Notes under the pieces: generated by a model
Databases searched by the model: none
What the model was told of the DNA's origin: nothing
The model's input: only the letters and a program-made list of their open reading frames with translations
Made by a program: the position numbers and the translations under genes
Shown here: positions 19,377 through 29,711 of the stretch, in pieces
Layout of the letters: each line of letters opens with the position of its first letter
How positions within the stretch are numbered: the first letter of the stretch is position 1
Source: Candidatus Hadarchaeota archaeon
GTDB lineage: Archaea > CAYQAE01 > CAYVLA01
Direction: 5' to 3'
Assembly: GCA_964621445.1 (NCBI GenBank)
Contig: CAZUNO010000014.1
Coordinates: forward strand, 1-64,000
Length of the DNA: 64,000 nt

Positions 19377-20933
19377 GTGGTGTTCTCTTTGGAGCTGTGT
19401 TATCCCGATCCTAAGATTAGGCAGGAGCTTTACTGGAAGGAGCGAAGGGTGAATGACCCCGGGGATTTAGAGGGGTTTGAGTTTAGACCGGTATCTCTAG
19501 AGGTGGGTGGGAAGGAGATCTTTGAGCATGATTCAAATGGGTCCTGGTCCAAAGTAGGGTTGCTAGTTTCATGTAATCAGGATTCTCTTTGCATTCTCCC
19601 GGGATTGAGGACATTACCCCTTGGTTCACCAAAGGGGAGGGAATTGAAACCTGTAGGACGAACAAGATATGGTGTCGGGGACGGGGAGATAGAGTTGGGG
19701 TTACTCCTAATGGATGGGGTGAGGCTATTGAGAGTGTGTGGACTCTTCTCCCCATTCATTGTAACCGCCAAACAGGCCTTGTCACCGAGCGAGAAGGACC
19801 TCCTACAGGAGGTAGGGGATCTCCGAATGGAAAGCCATGGAATATCTCTATGGCTTCCTTTTTCTAGGCCTGAGGTGAGGCTTCAAGCCCAGGAGTTCCC
19901 GGATACGGTTGCGGTGGTGACCCGGGAAGCAGGAAAGAGTGGGGAGGTAATCTCGAGTATAGGAGTTATGCCCTTCTACCACCAGCGGGTTGGGGAGCTC
20001 ATGGAGAGATGTGGGCGTGCTCATCTACAGAAAACTGGGAGAATCAAGATCAGCGGTAGGAAGTTGCCAATTAGAGAGTTCTATAACAAACCAACGGCCT
20101 GGCTAAACTTCTGCCAGTTAAATGATGCCAAATCCTGGGAGCTCTCCGTCTGCGAGAAGGTTTCAGCAAATACACTGGAACGGAGCAGACTCCTCTCCTT
20201 CACCCTGGCGAGAGAGGTGGAAAGAGTCCCTAGAACCAGGGGGATCAAGAGGATCGGTCAAAACCAGGCAAGGTTGATTATGCTGGACCAGGGAGGGGCC
20301 ACTGGGCAGGTTGTCAGGACTGAGCCAAAAAGATGGAAGCCAAGGGGAGCCGGGTCGATAATGGCCAACGAACTAAGGTACCTAACCGAGATCACGACCA
20401 ACAGGGGTACATATAAAATGCGGTCCGAGGCCGTTGCCGATTTCAGATCGGATAAGTGGAGACGGAAAGACCAATTTCGACTAAACCAGCTCCTCTTTGC
20501 GGGAGAAAGACCTGCCCTTGAAAAAGGAGAAATAGCCTTGTTTTGCTTCAATATAGGGCAACCAGAGGTCATCAGGACAACAACGGGAACCCGTATGCAG
20601 GTGGTTGCTGAGCCGAGAACCCAGAGCATCGACGTGTATATAACCCACTTGGAACAAAAGAACGGAGATCTCTATGTGGACGGGTTCCGGTCAATAGGAA
20701 GCTTCACCGCCATACCTCTTGACCAGGTAAATCCTACATACCTCATAAGAGGAGGAACCCTACGATGGAGACCTCTAAAGATAACCCACCGGTTCCTAGA
20801 ACAAAACTCCAAGTTCCCCGTGGTATTCAAGGATGAAAAACACACCATCAATGTGGCCATCACCAAGAAACCCTCCACCCACCTCATAGCACCAAAATCA
20901 GCAAATGGTTGCTGGGAGAGAACCAAGATTTAA
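19377..20933 (+). CDS. Hypothetical protein (518 aa, no recognised domain)
   Basis: Long uninterrupted ORF filling the interval; no motif recognised. Confidence 0.7.
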   Translation: MVFSLELCYPDPKIRQELYWKERRVNDPGDLEGFEFRPVSLEVGGKEIFEHDSNGSWSKVGLLVSCNQDSLCILPGLRTLPLGSPKGRELKPVGRTRYGVGDGEIELGLLLMDGVRLLRVCGLFSPFIVTAKQALSPSEKDLLQEVGDLRMESHGISLWLPFSRPEVRLQAQEFPDTVAVVTREAGKSGEVISSIGVMPFYHQRVGELMERCGRAHLQKTGRIKISGRKLPIREFYNKPTAWLNFCQLNDAKSWELSVCEKVSANTLERSRLLSFTLAREVERVPRTRGIKRIGQNQARLIMLDQGGATGQVVRTEPKRWKPRGAGSIMANELRYLTEITTNRGTYKMRSEAVADFRSDKWRRKDQFRLNQLLFAGERPALEKGEIALFCFNIGQPEVIRTTTGTRMQVVAEPRTQSIDVYITHLEQKNGDLYVDGFRSIGSFTAIPLDQVNPTYLIRGGTLRWRPLKITHRFLEQNSKFPVVFKDEKHTINVAITKKPSTHLIAPKSANGCWERTKI

Positions 20934-20969
20934 GATTGCCCCGCCAAAATCGCCCGGCAGTGAAGGAGT

Positions 20970-22301
20970 ATGGTGGAAAAACCGAACATATTAGTCATGA
21001 TGTGCGATCATCACCGTTACGATGCTCTGGGTTGTCTGGGCAATCCTTTGGCAAACACCCCAAACCTTGACGAGCTGGCTTCCCGAAGCCTACGATTTGA
21101 GAATTGCTTCAACCAGGCCCCGGTGTGCTCTCCGGCGCGTCACTCTCTGGCAACCGGCAGGTATGCCCACGCCCATGGGGTGATGTCCAACCGCCATATG
21201 CCCTACCCCGGAATGGTGACCATAGCGCACGCGGTGCAGCCACTGGGCTATAGGCGTTTCCAGCTGGGCCATATGCACTGGAAGAACCTGGAAATGGACA
21301 CCGGGTACGAGCCCTGGGTGACCTTTGGGGACTGGCGCAAGACAATGCCCCAGGCGGTTCTGGACCGCTACGATTGGGAGAACCAGAACGTGACCCGCCG
21401 CACCACGGGCGGTCCAAGCACCCGATCCGCTGACCAGTACTCGGGGCACTTCATTGCCGAAAAGGCCGTGGAAAAGATCGAGTCCGCCGTAGATAACGAT
21501 GAGAGATTTCTCTGCTGGACCGCTTTTCACGAGCCACACCCGCCGTTCTACCCGCCCGAGGAGATCTATCGAAAGTTTGAGCAGGCGGATATTGAATTGC
21601 CCCAGCAGTCTGGAGTCGATCACAGACCGCCCCATGAATACGTCCTGAGGAAAAGAAGGGAGTGGAGCCACCTAACGGAGGTCGAGGTACGCCAGATGAT
21701 GACCGGCTACTATGGCCTGGTTGAGCTGGTCGACGGCTACTGTGGCAGGGTCCTGAAATCCCTGGATGAACTGGGTATTCGCGATGAGACCATCGTGATA
21801 TGGACCGTGGACCACGGTGATCAGATGTGGGAGCACGAGCTATTCCTGAAGTTCAATATGTATGAGGGTTCGGTACACGTGCCCCTGCTGGTGGATATCC
21901 CGGGAGTTTCACCCGGGGTACGAAAGGAGCTGGTTGAACACGTCGATATATTCCCCACCATCTGCGATCTGGTTGGCGCGGATATCCCCCCGACGGTCCA
22001 GGGGAGATCACTCGAGCCCCTTCTCGACGAAGGAACCACACCGGCTGGATGGCGAGATGCGGCCTTCAGCGAGATGCGGGGGAGCGATGGTACACTCCTT
22101 CAGATGGTGCGAACTGGGTCCTCCAAGTTGATCACCTACGATGGCGTGCCCGGGGAATTCTACGATCTGGAGGAGGATCCCGGGGAACTCGACAACCGGC
22201 TCTCCGACCCACGGTACAAGGAGACCGCCTCCAGGCTTCTGGGAAGAATGAAGGAATGGGAGAGGGATACGGAGCCCAATTACCAAGATGGTAATGGATA
22301 G
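20970..22301 (+). CDS. Sulfatase (Cys-type, choline-sulfatase-like)
   Basis: KPNILVMMCDHHR, formylglycine motif CSPARHSLATG, EPHPP, DHG. Confidence 0.93.
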   Translation: MVEKPNILVMMCDHHRYDALGCLGNPLANTPNLDELASRSLRFENCFNQAPVCSPARHSLATGRYAHAHGVMSNRHMPYPGMVTIAHAVQPLGYRRFQLGHMHWKNLEMDTGYEPWVTFGDWRKTMPQAVLDRYDWENQNVTRRTTGGPSTRSADQYSGHFIAEKAVEKIESAVDNDERFLCWTAFHEPHPPFYPPEEIYRKFEQADIELPQQSGVDHRPPHEYVLRKRREWSHLTEVEVRQMMTGYYGLVELVDGYCGRVLKSLDELGIRDETIVIWTVDHGDQMWEHELFLKFNMYEGSVHVPLLVDIPGVSPGVRKELVEHVDIFPTICDLVGADIPPTVQGRSLEPLLDEGTTPAGWRDAAFSEMRGSDGTLLQMVRTGSSKLITYDGVPGEFYDLEEDPGELDNRLSDPRYKETASRLLGRMKEWERDTEPNYQDGNG

Positions 22302-22959
22302 CAAGCGAGGCCCGTTTTCCATCTCTTGGAAATGAGAGGGCAATGCTTTAGGGGAAGATGACGAATACTTCTACAGGTCAAGATCCATTTGAGGTATTGG
22401 GGATATTTTTTCGAATGGAAGGCCAGACCATATTGATATAAACCACACAGTCGATTCTCACCTGCTAATTGAAATCAGATTTTTGAGTTGCGATAGTGTG
22501 TTTGATCATTCTAGTAGATCTTCCCGATGTCGATATCCTTTCCTTTTTTTTCCCCGTTTTTCTCTCCCTTCTCGGTCCTTGCTATACAAATGCCTCGTGG
22601 CAAACCTGGCACTCTATGAAATGGGAGTATTCATCTGTCATTCCCCAGTGGCTTCCCGAAAGAAATCCATATTTGGATTTTTTCAGAAGGGCGGAAAAGG
22701 TGATGTATCTTTTGGGTCCTCCACCTGGAAACTGCTTAAAAACGCCTCTTTGGGCTGCATGTTCCCCCTAAACATTCAATGGACGGGATAGAATGTACTA
22801 AGCTGATATAAATTACCCGCCGTTATTCGGGAATATATCCATACCACGCGCGCCAATCCGAATCTAGCGATGGCTTCAATAGGGTGAGATGCACGGGCTA
22901 TTTCCTTTACGGAAGTAAAATATTTAGGGAGTCCCCGTGTCACCGTCCGCGGTGAGATT

Positions 22960-23187
22960 ATGCAAATAGAGGGTCTAGAATTCCTGGGTCTCTCTGGAAT
23001 GTTCTGCTGTATTCCCCTCATCTGGTTTATAGTATCCGTCCTACTCTGTGTCTGGGTGTACAGGGACGCCGAGGCTAGGGGCATGGAGGGAGCCCTTTGG
23101 CTGATCATTGTGCTGATAACCGGTATCCTGGGACTTATCGTCTACCTAATAGTGAGAGAGGATAAGAAGCAAACCACATCGGGTTGA
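22960..23187 (+). CDS. Small two-TM membrane protein (PLDc N-terminal-like)
   Basis: WVYRDAEARGM...WLIIVLITGILGLIVYLIVR. GGTGA RBS. Confidence 0.75.
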   Translation: MQIEGLEFLGLSGMFCCIPLIWFIVSVLLCVWVYRDAEARGMEGALWLIIVLITGILGLIVYLIVREDKKQTTSG

Positions 23188-23209
23188 AAGGCGGGTATGG
23201 GTAGTTCCG

Positions 23210-23848
23210 GTGCTCAGCACGGAAGGGATCCTGGTAGAGACCTTCAATTTCATAGGGGGTCTGATCTGTCACCAGCTACCGGAAAGGACACTCATCATGG
23301 GATCCACCCTGCTACCGGTCTGCGCCCGGGACACCGGTATCTACATCGGGATCCTGGCGGGCCTCGCCCTACTGCTCATGCGCAGGGAGGGCAGGTCGGG
23401 GCCGCCCAACTTGTATTTGACGCTGGCCATGATGCTCCCCCTGATAGTCGATGGCACCACCCAGGTGCTCGGATTCAGAACCAGCACCAACCAACTGAGA
23501 CTGATTACCGGTCTTCTTTTCGGCACCGCTATCTCGCCCTTCCTGGTCTACCTGCTTCCCATTCTTCCCCCAACACGTAAGGTACCCATACTAGGAAAGG
23601 TGATGCCAACGGAGTCCAGACTGGACGGGAAGACCTCCTGGCTTCCGGTCACCGCATTTTTTCTGGGCGTGACAATTGACGTGGGCATCTTTTTCATTAT
23701 CGATGCCATGGCGGGTTTGCCGAACCCCTGGTTCTATTGGATTATCGCTCTACCGCTGATGTTTTCATTGATCTTAACCATCATTTTATTGCCGGCTGTG
23801 GTTATGGTATCCTTTTTCGACCTCCTAAGGCGTATCAAGGGATACTGA
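23210..23848 (+). CDS. DUF2085 family membrane protein
   Basis: ICHQLPER, PVCARDTGIYIG, DGTTQ and RLITGLLFG signature. Confidence 0.85.
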   Translation: MLSTEGILVETFNFIGGLICHQLPERTLIMGSTLLPVCARDTGIYIGILAGLALLLMRREGRSGPPNLYLTLAMMLPLIVDGTTQVLGFRTSTNQLRLITGLLFGTAISPFLVYLLPILPPTRKVPILGKVMPTESRLDGKTSWLPVTAFFLGVTIDVGIFFIIDAMAGLPNPWFYWIIALPLMFSLILTIILLPAVVMVSFFDLLRRIKGY

Positions 23849-23950
23849 ACGAAAACCTCGCCATCGGAACCTCATAGAGGTTGTTTGCTCTAGCCGGGAA
23901 ATGTGGCACAACGGTTTTCAAGGTGCTCTCTTTGGCCACATTCGCTAATC

Positions 23951-26045
23951 ATGTTTGAGCCAAGAAACGCCGAGACTGAGTTCACGACCACTACCCCCAT
24001 CACCTATAATATTGACTACTCTCCCCAACACCTGCAGGACCCGGGATATACGGAAAGGATCGCCGAGGCCCCACCAGTCCTGCTTCACGTTGGCCACGAT
24101 GTGCCCTTCAAGAGCATGTACGGCCCGGCTGACCTCTTCGATCCCTGGGGTCACAGGAGGCTGAGCCCATCCGAGGTCCAGACCAGGATGGAGAGGATCG
24201 GAAAATATGTTGAGGAGCTGCACGAGGCCGGCTCTCCCCTGGTCATACCCTATATCTGCTCCATGTTTATCTTCGGCAACGCGGAGCGGAGAAAGGGGTT
24301 CTGGGAGTTCTACGATAACTGGGAGGAGTACTCCGATCTCGGTCTTGGTTCCAGGCCCAGGGAGGACCCCATAACCTGGATTGCCGGTGAGCCCAGGAAA
24401 TTGGAGCACATGGATACCGCATGGGAGGGCATGGTTTACGAGCCCTGCATAAACCGACGCGGTTGGAGGAGGTTCCTACGGTCGGTGGTGGCCCTCATCG
24501 CCAGGGTGGGATATGACGGGGTGTTCAGCGATGTTAACGCCTCTTCCTGCGAAAATGCCTGTTGCAGGAGGCTTTTCGCCAGGTACCTCGCGGCCCGGTA
24601 CACCGCCAGGGAGATGGAGGACCTCTTCGGCTTTAGCAATCCCCGCCAGGTGCGGGTGGGAAAGCCGGGCGACGGTCTGCTCTGGGTGGAAACGGTTAAT
24701 TTCCGGGGAGAGCGCATGGCCGATCTATTCTCGGAACTCAGGAGGGAGGGAGGGAGGCGCAGAGATACCTTCATCCTCATTCCCAACCTCAGTCCTTACC
24801 AGCACGTGGACGGGGTCTGGGATCGAATTGGAAATGGCCAGGTCATCTCTAGTTGGACTCCGGTTTGCCCCCTGATAATGTTCGAGGAGATGAATCAGCC
24901 CGGCCTTTTCGGTAAAGGGGTTGTTTCCAACTTCATTTTCCAGTATAAGCTAGCCTTCGCCAACACGACCAGGGCCGGATGCCTTCTATACGGGGCCAAG
25001 GACTACCACGGGGTTTCAATAGCCATGGCCGAGGCAAGTTCCGGGGGCGGGGGCGCATTCATCCAGCCCGGCTATTCCTGCCCCGCGGTGAGGCGCCAGT
25101 ACAGGACCTTTTATGAACAGCACCGGGGCCTCTTGAAGGGTCTTGTTCCCTATTCGAGGGTGGGACTGGTATTCTCCTACCAGCAGCTTGCATGGGGTAG
25201 TAGGGGGGCACATGGAGGATACATACAGGGTAGCCGAGGAGCTCATGGCAAAGCACGTGCTCTTTGACATCCTGGTGGAGAGGAACCTCCGTCCGGGCGA
25301 GCTGGAGGGATATGATCTGGTGATCGCCTGTGGCCTGGAAAACATTTCCGACCTCCAGGTGCAGACACTTCTAGGGTATATCGAGAAGGGAGGAACTCTG
25401 CTGGGCGTGGGGGAAATCGGGGCCAGGGACCAGAGGGGCCAAAAGAGGATGGGTGGCGCCCTGGGATCGATACTCGCGTCAAGTTGGGAGGACGGAGGTG
25501 AGGTGGAAACTGCTTCACACGGAGAGGGGCAATGCATTCGGGCCCCGAGCCTTGATCGTCTACTCTCCCCTGCCCCTTTCGAGCTGTTCATGCTCTCCGA
25601 GCAGGAGTGTAACGATATTGACAGGATATTCGGGCTGATCAGGAGGTCGGAGGGAGATGAGGGAAAGCGTCGGAGGAACCTGGTGAAAACGATCTACAAT
25701 TCAGGATTGGATGTGGGGATTTCGAACTGCGAGGAGACCTTGAGGTTCAATGCCTATCTACGACCCGGGGGAGAGCCGGTACTAGCGATTCATGCGGTGA
25801 ACTATAACATCCCCATACATGGAATGGGTGAGTCCGGACCGGTTGTCCCTGCGAAGGACGTTTCCTTGAACATGCCACTGCCATCAGGATTCGAGCCGGA
25901 CAGGGGAGTGATATATGACCCCCCTGAGATTGCGGGACGCCCCCTGGAATTAAGCGAGGATAATGGCACCCTAACCATCCAGCTACAGGAAGTGGGGATA
26001 TACTCCCTGGCCGGTATTCAACTGGCAGAGAAATTGGGTTCCTAG
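23951..26045 (+). pseudogene. Glycoside-hydrolase-like protein with a beta-galactosidase trimerisation-type C-terminus; frameshifted in a G6 run (25203-25208)
   Basis: PCINRRGWR...GYDGVFSD barrel. YQQLAWGSRG continues as HMEDTYRVAEELMAKHVLFDIL if one G is removed from taggggggca. Confidence 0.75.
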
Positions 26046-26585
26046 ATGCCGGAGTCCCTCTCCTTCAGTACCTGCCTCACCTTGATGTACAGAACCGGGT
26101 TGTAGATGGACATCACGGCGAACACTATGATCAGGATCACCATGATGAACTTCGCTATGCCATCGTTAATCCAGGAGATGGTGAACTCCAGGAAATCCGG
26201 GAAGGGATCTGCGAAGTGTGAGAAGTCGAAGGGGAAGAGCACGTATAGGTAGGCCATGGATATCAGGCCCAGTGCATCGTTGAATGCCTCCAGAGGGCGC
26301 ACCGCGTTCTCCCTGCCGATGATGGCCTTGGCAGCTAGATGCACCGGCATCATTACCTGAGGGGCAAATACCAAAAAGGCGGCCAGGTCTCCAAAATCAT
26401 CCGTGAAGAACCTGGTGGGCTTGTTCAGGTGTACCAGGAAAAAAACCGATTAATATGAGTCCCATGATGATGCCCACGATGGAGCCCACCCGATCACCGA
26501 GTTCGATCTCGTTCTTCTCGGCTACCGATATAATGTGACCTGAGAACATACCTTCCCTATCTACCTCCTTGCTCAAAATAATCAC
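26042..26585 (-). pseudogene. Membrane protein frameshifted in a T7 run (26439-26445)
   Basis: Removing one T joins LILIGFF to LVHLNKPTRFFTDDFGDLAAFLVFAPQV and the 110-aa ORF ending in FPFDFSHF. Confidence 0.75.
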
Positions 26586-26691
26586 TTTTTTGGGTGGGAA
26601 TGCTGCTGGTTGAAATTAATTTCGAAAATGGACCTATACTTATCATGATAGGATGCATCTCCTGAACCGCTGAAAGTAGGATTTGCTGGCC

Positions 26692-27499
26692 ATGGATGAT
26701 GACAAAAATCGGGTGAGGGGCCAAATTACGGGTTCATGGCGCTGAAATACTTCCTATACATGGGAGCTATCGGCCTGGTCTCCCTGTTCCTAGTCCTGAT
26801 ACGGGGCTTTTGGGCTCACTATGGGACTTCTTAGTCCTGCTGATCATGACTCCCGTGGCCTTCGTTTCCCTATGGGTCGCGTTTTCCTACGTCTACCTCT
26901 ACCCAGTTCTATTTAGGGTTGGATCGGAGAAGGATTGGCTAACCGGGATCATGGAAGGCTGGAATCTTCGTGGAGACGAGAGAGTTCTCGACGTGGGATG
27001 TGGGACGGGCAGGATCGCCATCGAGGCGGCCAAGCTCCTGCCATCAGGAAAGATCTACGGGGTGGATATTTTTGAGGGAATCATTGGCAATTCCTTCAAG
27101 GTTCCCAGGAGAAACGCTGAGATAGAGGGCGTATCTCACAGGGTCCAGTTTCGAAATGGGAACGCCCTTGACCTGCACTTGGAGGATGGGACATTCGACA
27201 TAGTCACCATGGGCTCGGTACTGCACGAGATTCACGGGAGGGAGGATGAGATCAGAGCGATAAAGGGGGTACTTAGAGTGCTGAAGCCAGGGGGGATGTT
27301 CCTGACCCTTGAGCTGCTACGGACCTGGAGGATGTTTGTGACCCTCATGACCTTTGCACCGGTCTGGAAAACCGAGGAATACTGGCTGTAGATCTTTCGG
27401 GAGGCCGGGGCCGAGGTTTTTTCGGTGGAGAGGATCGTGAAGTTAATAGACGTGGCCGTGTTCATCACCGGGAATCCCGAGACGGTAAAGCCAAAATAG
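26692..27499 (+). pseudogene. Membrane-anchored class I methyltransferase with N-terminal frameshifts and an in-frame TAG at 27389
   Basis: The PNYGFMALKYFLYMG segment is out of frame with the VLDVGCGTG core. After the TAG the frame continues IFREAGAEVFSVERIVK...PK*. Confidence 0.75.
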
Positions 27500-27650
27500 G
27501 GGGTAGAATCTAGGATGGATGTCATCGCCGGTTTTGGTCCCTAGTAGTCAGATCAGTGAACCACGAAGGTATAACCCGATGACAGGGCTTAACTAAGGCA
27601 GGACCCCTGACCTATGATCTTTTTCAATCTGAGACACCCTTACAACAAAC

Positions 27651-29711
27651 ATGAATAAAGACGGTGCATTTGTCGAAAAGGAGGGGGGAATGCTTAAACT
27701 CGGAAATGATTATCTGGTGGTCGATGTGGGGATTGAGAGTGGGGAGGGCCCAAATGGGCTGTACTCCCCCCTTTCCGACCAAATCTATGCCGATCGTCCC
27801 TACCGGTATCGGTTGGATGACGAACTGGGAACACCTGAATTAGGGGAATACCAGGTCTCCCGGGAATCCGGTTCCATCGTCCTGGATATGTCCTGGAGGC
27901 TGGGCCCTATAAACCTGAACCACCGTCTTTCGATGGCCCATTATGAGCCCTACATGGAGGAGACGCTGAGTCTAACCAACACCGGTGAGGAGGACATGTA
28001 CCTTGAAAAACTTCAGACCGGCTTCGTCCGTGGTATAGGCAGGGAGGGACGGGTCCATGAGGAACTGTCCCGGGATGTCATGGTTAGCGTTCCTTTCAAG
28101 CGAGCTCTCCAGGACAGGAGGGGCGAGTACCGGGAGTTCAGCTTCAGGGAGCTGGCCATAAACGGAGACTCCTACTGGTTCCCATGGGGACAACGTCACC
28201 GGATGGATCACCTCTCGGCGGAGGGATGGATATGGAGTCATGATGGGGTCTGTCTCCTGGTGGCCAAGCATTCCCCAACCATGATCGAGCATTCGGTTCT
28301 CTCTTGTGAACGAGAGGAGGATCAGGAGGCGCTTAGATTCGGGGGATCGACCGGGATACACGGCGATCCCGATCAGTGCGGGTTTCTGAAGAGCGGCTCA
28401 TCGATCGCCCTCTCGGGTACCAGATACATTGTGGTGAAGGGCGGATGGAAGGAGGGTTACTACGCTTTCCGGGATTTCATGGACTCCATGGGCCACGGGA
28501 CGCCCGCCGGGTTCAATCCTCCAGTACACTGGAACGAGCTCTACGATAATCCCCTGTGGTGGGAGGGCGACGGATACAAGGAGAGGAACCAGCTCTACAC
28601 CCTGGGACACATGAGGGAGGAGGCCAGCAAGGCCCGGGAGCTGGGATGCGAGGCTCTTTACCTGGACCCGGGGTGGGATACCAGCTTCGGGTCATCCATC
28701 TGGCCGGAGTACAGGCTCAGGAAGGCGAGGGAGTTCGTCGAGCTGATGAGTACGGAGTACGGCCTGGGGGTCTCTCTACATATGCCTCTGGCCGTTTGGT
28801 GCGACCCCACCGCCTACCCGTTGGCCGCCCATAGGAGGGACCGCCGGGGAGAGATGCTTGACTCCCTGTGCAGCGCCTCCCCTGCTTACCTGGAGACAAA
28901 GAGAAGAAAGCTCCTGGATCTGGCGGAGGCGGGATTCGTCTACTTCATGTTCGATGGTACCGCCTTCACCGGCGAGTGCTGGGACCCCTCACACGGCCAC
29001 TCGCTTCCCCTCAGGAGGTCCGAGCACTGCGCGGCCATAGACGAGCTGGTCAAATCCGTCCACTCCCGGTTCCCGGAACTGATAATAGAGCTGCACGACC
29101 CCATTCTGGGAGGAGTTCCGGAGAGGTACGCCCCCATGCACTTCATGCATGGGTCCGATGGTTGCTTTGACGAGGGATGGGGCTTCGAGTACATGTGGGA
29201 CCCAATGGAGGACCTCATATCCGGAAGGGCCATTAGCCTCTACTACTATAACCTGGCCTACTCTCTGCCCCTCTATATACATATTGACCTGAGGAAGGAT
29301 AACCGGAACTCCCTGGAGTTCTGGTGGTATGCATCCACCTGCAGGCACCTGGGGGTGGGAGGCAAGCACCAGGACGCGGAGGTTTGGAGTGCCCACAAGA
29401 AGGCAATGTCACGTTATCTAGAACTGAAAAGGTTCTACACCCAAGGAGTCTTTCTTGGCCTGGACGAGGAGGCCCATCTTCATTTCCTGCCCGGCGAACC
29501 GCGGGCGGTTCTAAACCTGTTTAACCTCTCATCAAAGGCGACATACAAAAAGGTAATTTTAGATATCCGCGAGATCGGCCTGGATTCCGTTGAACACGTT
29601 TCCGACGGTCAATTTAACCTGCATGGAAGGGAACTGGAGATCGAGCTGGAGATGGATGCCAGGGACGCCAGGGTAATAGAGATTGGGGGTTCGGCCCGAG
29701 CTAAGGACTAG
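27651..29711 (+). CDS. Alpha-galactosidase (GH36/GH27 clan D)-like protein
   Basis: PVHWNELY, LYLDPGWD, YFMFDG. 686 aa, no signal peptide. Confidence 0.7.
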   Translation: MNKDGAFVEKEGGMLKLGNDYLVVDVGIESGEGPNGLYSPLSDQIYADRPYRYRLDDELGTPELGEYQVSRESGSIVLDMSWRLGPINLNHRLSMAHYEPYMEETLSLTNTGEEDMYLEKLQTGFVRGIGREGRVHEELSRDVMVSVPFKRALQDRRGEYREFSFRELAINGDSYWFPWGQRHRMDHLSAEGWIWSHDGVCLLVAKHSPTMIEHSVLSCEREEDQEALRFGGSTGIHGDPDQCGFLKSGSSIALSGTRYIVVKGGWKEGYYAFRDFMDSMGHGTPAGFNPPVHWNELYDNPLWWEGDGYKERNQLYTLGHMREEASKARELGCEALYLDPGWDTSFGSSIWPEYRLRKAREFVELMSTEYGLGVSLHMPLAVWCDPTAYPLAAHRRDRRGEMLDSLCSASPAYLETKRRKLLDLAEAGFVYFMFDGTAFTGECWDPSHGHSLPLRRSEHCAAIDELVKSVHSRFPELIIELHDPILGGVPERYAPMHFMHGSDGCFDEGWGFEYMWDPMEDLISGRAISLYYYNLAYSLPLYIHIDLRKDNRNSLEFWWYASTCRHLGVGGKHQDAEVWSAHKKAMSRYLELKRFYTQGVFLGLDEEAHLHFLPGEPRAVLNLFNLSSKATYKKVILDIREIGLDSVEHVSDGQFNLHGRELEIELEMDARDARVIEIGGSARAKD

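Noticed and set aside
22310-22950. Short ORFs and a pyrimidine tract in a 650-bp gap
   Set aside because: No recognisable motif or RBS. Likely decayed or non-coding sequence.
27389-27391. In-frame TAG in a methyltransferase, suggesting pyrrolysine or amber readthrough
   Set aside because: The same gene has N-terminal frameshifts, many intact genes here end in TAG, and no pyl genes are in the window. A nonsense mutation is simpler.
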